This document shows positions 62,827 to 64,000 of a stretch of 64,000 bases of DNA, in pieces. The DNA is taken from positions 10,726,001 to 10,790,000 of the forward strand of contig NC_042997.1 in assembly GCF_006345805.1 (NCBI RefSeq). The letters run 5' to 3'. The stretch comes from Octopus sinensis (lineage: Eukaryota). The notes under the pieces are model-generated. The model had not been told where the DNA came from. It saw nothing but the letters and a program-made list of their open reading frames with translations, and searched no databases. The position numbers and the translations under genes were made by a program. Within the stretch, counting starts at the first letter, position 1. Every line of letters starts with the position of its first letter.

Positions 62827-63339
62827 TATAATATATAAATATATTAAAATAATGATAATACAAGAGAGAAGAAAACGAGATAAGAGATAAAATATCACTG
62901 ATAATTAAAGATGTAAGACAGCTTAATCTTCCTCTAGCCGCACCTTACCTGCTCTTTAAAAACAATGTGAGATCATATAGAATAAATAGTCTTACGTTAT
63001 GTCTAGGAAAGAAGCATAATATTATTATAGTTGGAACACTCTCATCATACTTCTACCCAATCAAGGTTGATCTGGAGCTAAACGAGAACAACAACAGCAT
63101 CTAGAACAAAGATACAAAGAAGAATAACGAGACAATACATTGAGGAGAGGGAGTTTTCTCATTAAAACTAAACTACAGAACCTGAAACGTAATTATTTTA
63201 TCAACATGATAAAATGGAAAGCCGAATTGAACATAGATCGCGAAAGGATTTATCTAAGCGCTGTAAGGTATTTTTGATTAGTACTCTATACCGATTCTAC
63301 CATCCAGCCTGCACACACTAGCATAATTAATCATACTTT

Positions 63340-63527
63340 TTACTAAAGGCACGAGGCCTGGTATTTTGGGGAGGGAACAAGTCGATTACATCGACCCCAG
63401 TGTTTCACTGGTACTTAATTTATCGACCCCGTAAGGATGAAAAGCAAAGTCGACCTCGGCGGAATATGAACCCACAACGTGAAAACAGACGAAATACCGC
63501 TAAGCATTTCGCCCGGCGTGCTAACGA
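63340..63527 (-). mobile_element. Family A SINE, head truncated by (CA)n
   Basis: GTCGATTACATCGACCCCAG ... GCAAAGTCGACCTCGGCGGAA ... GAAATACCGCTAAGCATTTCGCCCGGCGTGCTAACG. Confidence 0.9.
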
Positions 63528-63541
63528 CACACACACACACA

Positions 63542-63584
<43 letters not shown>

Positions 63585-63594
63585 ACACATACAT

Positions 63595-63760
63595 ATATAT
63601 ACATAAATGTGTAATGGTGTCTGTCTGTCTGTGTGTTTGGGTTTACTCTAACTCTTCCCACACCGTCCAACCGATTTTAATGATTTTTGGCACATACGTA
63701 GATCCCATGCCCTGAAGTTCAAATAAGGCCGTAATTTTTCGAAAACTCAATAATACTTAG
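63595..63760 (+). mobile_element. Probable 5' end of a non-autonomous Helitron/Helentron-type element
   Basis: (TA)..AAATG.GTAATG.TGTCTGTCTGTCTGTG...CCGATTTT.ATGATTTTTGGCACA resembles recalled 5' regions of animal non-autonomous Helitrons. Confidence 0.5.
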
Positions 63761-64000
63761 CTGGCATCGATTTCTGTGAGCTCAATCGGGCGTTTGAATG
63801 GAAATTCCCATAACGATGTTATTTTTCTTGCAGCTTACCAAAACTCCGTCGCTAGCTCTGACCATTTTTCTTCCGCCTGCCACACATCTACTCATCCTGC
63901 AACAGCCTGCAGAACCAGATATAACATCTTAATGGGTAATAGTTGGCACGGGTAACATAGAAGATTTCAATACAAGATCAGAGGTGGGCTTAACTTCAAC

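Overview
AT-rich, microsatellite-saturated eukaryotic intergenic/intronic DNA. The SINE families and microsatellite density look like an octopod cephalopod (Octopus); this is inference from remembered repeat families, not a database search. There is no complete protein-coding gene, rRNA, true tRNA or CRISPR array, and most long ORFs in the supplied track are translated microsatellites. The best host-gene candidate is a minus-strand coding exon (ATG at 2286, donor after 1884) for an N-exo single-pass membrane protein with a Cys-containing ectodomain; its downstream exons would lie left of the window. The rest is a layered transposon graveyard: Penelope-like elements (one with a degenerate hammerhead ribozyme), R4/Dong-clade retrotransposon fragments nested in (AAT)n, CR1-like and L1/Tx1-like LINE remnants, three mariner copies (one near-intact at 31296-32551), a maT DD37D remnant, a Merlin remnant, Helitron pieces and roughly 30 tRNA-derived SINE copies or fragments. 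The most unusual structural signal is a set of long fold-backs (30675-31122, 33229-33412, 33950-34807, 51954-52240) plus a pre-miRNA-sized hairpin (61947-62030). I cannot demonstrate a new biological system; the findings are ranked hypotheses. Boundaries of degenerate elements are approximate (tens of bp), and some A/T-homopolymer-rich stretches may contain consensus errors.
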